A stretch of 64,000 nucleotides of DNA from a virus: positions 9,876 through 73,875 of IMG/VR virus record IMGVR_UViG_3300017689_000001; one strand, written 5' to 3'. A program made the position numbers and the translations under genes. Within the stretch, counting starts at the first letter, position 1; each line of letters begins with the position of its first letter. Shown piece by piece: positions 62,101-64,000 of the stretch. The notes under the pieces were generated by a model. That model saw only the letters and a list, made by a program, of their open reading frames with translations. It was not told the DNA's origin and ran no database searches.

Positions 62101-64000
62101 CGTCGACCAACTACAGCAACGCCTCGTCGAACATCCGCACGACGCTGAACAAGCTCAACCCCTCGTGGACCGACACCACTCAGGACTCGCCGCTCACCGG
62201 CGAGGTGACGCGCTCGGTGTTCCGCGGCGTGTTCGTCGAATACTACAACCAGAAGGCGCTGCTCATCGGCTCGCTGGACAGCGCGGCCAAGCTCAACGAG
62301 GACAAGGCGCTCGACGCGATCGACAAGATCTCGTCGGACGGCTGGCTGTCGCGCAGCGAGAAGCCCGACCTTCGGATCCAGTGGGAGGCGCTGCAGGAAC
62401 GGATGGCCGCGCTGGTCAACCGCAACGACGCGCTCGGCCAGCCGGCGGAGACGCTGGACGCTCGCTCGAAGGCGGGCACCGCGGTCTACACGGACCTCAA
62501 CGGCTACCTCAACGGCCTGTCGCCGTCGTGGACCGACACCAACTCCGACACCCCGATCAACCCGACGACGTTCCGCGACCGCTGGGTGGCGGCGTACAAG
62601 GCCGTCGGCGTCTTCGAGGCGGCGATGATTGGCGGTGTGGGGCAGGACATCCGCAACGCGGTGACGGCGATCCAGAACGCCAACAACGATGGCTACTGGT
62701 CGATCAACGAGAAGATCACGTACATCATCCCGCAGGATGCGATCCTCGACAACATCTGGACCTTCCTGAACACGCGCGCGAACGCGATCTCGGACTCGAC
62801 AGCGGTATCGGACGCGCGAGGCAATGCGAGCACTGCACGCAACAACTGGATCAATTTCAGGGGCAGCGTCCGGCCGTTCTGGGACGACAAGACCAAAGAC
62901 TCGCCGATCAACCGGACGAACGCCGATCAGGCGATCAACAACTACGAGACCACGCTGGAGCGGCTGGCCGACGCGCTGACCTTCTACGCCCAGGGCAAGG
63001 CCACGACGGCGATCGATCGCCTGCGTGCGATCGACAACGACCTGATCCTGTCGCGCGGCGAAAAGTGGCAGCTGGTCATGCTGTGGCAGTCGCTGACCAA
63101 CCGCTATCAGAAGACGGTCAACCGCTACCTCGATCTGGGCCGGCCCTCGTCGGTCACCGAGAAGCAGCAGAACGCCTACAACAAGGTCGGCCCTGACGGT
63201 AACGCTCCCGCCAGCTCGCTGGGCAAGCGGCTGGGCGCGCTGTCGCCGTCGTGGATCGACACCACGCAGGACACGCCGATCCCGTCCGACCTCCAGCAGG
63301 TGTGGATCGACGCCGAAGCGGCGACCGACGATTTCATCGCGTCGATGATGGCGCAGCCGAACGCCGACAACACCTCGTCGGCGATCGCGCGCGGCGACGC
63401 GAACACCGCGATCAACGACAAGGTCAACACCAGCCCCAAGCTGCTCTACATCGGCACCGACGGCCGCATCACCGACGCGCGCGCGATCACGGCCAATCTC
63501 GCCAACGGCATCCGCGGTCTGCTGGACGTGCCGTTCATCGGCGTATCGAATGTCGGCACCGGCGACAGCCGCGGGCCGTGCCTGTGCTCGACGGCCTCGT
63601 CGGTTCAGGCGTACACTGACTACGGCTCGGTCAACTACGGCGTGCTCTACATCGAGAACTTGCAGTACAGCACGACCTACTTCCTCTACCGTCCCAACGT
63701 CAGCAACGTCACCTCGACCGGGTTCGGCTGGGGCAAGAGCACCAACCTGACGGACGCGCTCGGCACCAATAAGGTCTACGTGGGCTTCGTCACCACCGTC
63801 GACTCGGGCGGCGGCGGCTCGACCGGCGGCTCGAACGGCGGCGGCTCGGGCGGCGCGGCCGGCGGTGCCGGTGCCGATCGGTGCGTGAGCGCCGACAGCT
63901 ACGTGATGCTCGAGAAGGGGCCGCGCTTGGCGCGCGACGTGAAGAAGGGCGACCGCATCGTCGTCCTCACGGAGGATCTCAAGGGCACCGAGATCGTGAC
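59121..64000 (+). CDS. Tail tip/host-specificity protein J-like with FN3, five tandem repeats and a C-terminal Hint domain (partial)
   Basis: MFAGAKGG..QTPDNLRS..LCIGPIKG start; YTNDPGW, RFNDITGKF, FN3-like segment. The frame appears open to the window end, and CVSADSYVML at 63882 is in the same frame. Confidence 0.9.
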   Translation, partial: MFAGAKGGSSSFKQTPDNLRSNDTFEAVLGLCIGPIKGATRGLKSVKVDGTAIENASGDKNFADFTALLADGDPLKFPQKIELKLGAGAAPTQVGVAITNSGGNNPVWVTKTLNNRGADFIDLRFIAQQIFRQDAKGIYTTTATLEIQMKPVGSTTWVNPTLGTPTARYSEAGQQTPTGLRQYILADNYDDNGYYSAGTPNYQITGKTSSPSAYELRIGVPKTGAYANVQWDVRVRLLERDDYTGGKDNADQEKRTISWESLAAVYAGAMGEHEDWRGVASIQLYGKASDQLTGVPEIIGEYDTKIVNVPPSNIFDPETRVYQTGVWDGSWTKAYTNDPGWVLADAIGDALSGIALLAPGSYLNKWDALDLSKHCSTRVPDGNGGTQPRYCLNLSVSQPQKADEFIKYLAGAVGALAWDNGNGEWRCKVDKADAPVDIFTLDNIDGEFVYSHTDVDTRFNDITGKFKNAEMDYREDGVQLFDNTSIAKIGRKPTTIALVGCTDRQEAMRRVKLRLRATVNENRIVNFTTNRRGRNVEPLSTILIADGDLGDQNKQTTGRTIAVAADRKSIVVRDPMYLAPGIAYKMWFTIPNPDYLPDRTTQPTSTEWTKPTIAISRNVTNTASQTGAVTTIYLDTALPDSIADNLSVALEAPNLVTMPRLFRVTSVSPQDDGERIAISAVNIDIGKYDAADNVSPQDAVFQDLRGAVPAPELVNGNPLLSLITVNDGKTVNLAASWQRPASSTVAGFLVRYRINGGSWIVGVDRTQFTNFELNNPATGTYEFEIISIDRLGNHSLPLTGVLDVTQALIDATLIIMPDGRTLEESLKDIDDAALGLLELSDDDVITVNEKITKLIPLDKELLNTFTLLKNQADAITGFQIVTNAKGDAVNAKATWEQYRDGLTPGWKDLTQSTPVVRTTFDNQVIAYRNALTSLGQALRLYAQSNAQQALTRIDSIVSDGVLDRSEKPQVMLEVAAIEAETPALVARASARSISSTNYSNASSNIRTTLNKLNPSWTDTTQDSPLTGEVTRSVFRGVFVEYYNQKALLIGSLDSAAKLNEDKALDAIDKISSDGWLSRSEKPDLRIQWEALQERMAALVNRNDALGQPAETLDARSKAGTAVYTDLNGYLNGLSPSWTDTNSDTPINPTTFRDRWVAAYKAVGVFEAAMIGGVGQDIRNAVTAIQNANNDGYWSINEKITYIIPQDAILDNIWTFLNTRANAISDSTAVSDARGNASTARNNWINFRGSVRPFWDDKTKDSPINRTNADQAINNYETTLERLADALTFYAQGKATTAIDRLRAIDNDLILSRGEKWQLVMLWQSLTNRYQKTVNRYLDLGRPSSVTEKQQNAYNKVGPDGNAPASSLGKRLGALSPSWIDTTQDTPIPSDLQQVWIDAEAATDDFIASMMAQPNADNTSSAIARGDANTAINDKVNTSPKLLYIGTDGRITDARAITANLANGIRGLLDVPFIGVSNVGTGDSRGPCLCSTASSVQAYTDYGSVNYGVLYIENLQYSTTYFLYRPNVSNVTSTGFGWGKSTNLTDALGTNKVYVGFVTTVDSGGGGSTGGSNGGGSGGAAGGAGADRCVSADSYVMLEKGPRLARDVKKGDRIVVLTEDLKGTEIV

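Noticed and set aside
1-64000. Integrase, ParAB, smpB, holin/endolysin, purZ or queuosine DNA-modification genes
   Set aside because: No recognisable motifs in this window; lifestyle and DNA modification cannot be called

Overview
This window is part of a high-GC (roughly two-thirds by eye) tailed dsDNA phage genome with siphovirus-type morphogenesis genes. No host genes, rRNA, CRISPR array, integrase or lysis cassette are recognisable. Positions 1-39266 are almost entirely minus-strand. They carry replication and nucleotide genes (family A DNA polymerase, partial; 5'-3' exonuclease; SF2 helicase; two HD hydrolases; class II RNR; Pol-beta-type nucleotidyltransferase; ATP-dependent ligase; C5-methylase-like; rIIB/rIIA; WYL), a long run of small early genes, and a primase-SF3 helicase. 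Positions 39392-64000 are mostly plus-strand: terminase, portal, protease/scaffold, capsid, neck, tail tube, lambda-like tail tip, tape measure and J-like protein. Several genes in this block lie on the opposite strand. The standout feature is missed by the ORF track: a circularly permuted (two-piece) tmRNA gene of alphaproteobacterial type at about 3954-4225 (minus), with tag peptide ANDNDTSEVYARAA. It also points to an alphaproteobacterial host (inference). Other notable signals: two families of repeated palindromic sites, an AGCT/CTCGA-free early segment, an antisense tail chaperone with a -1 slippery site, an M15-type peptidase inside the tape measure, and a Hint domain after five tandem repeats in the tail-tip protein. 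All annotations are from motif recognition by eye; no database searches were run.
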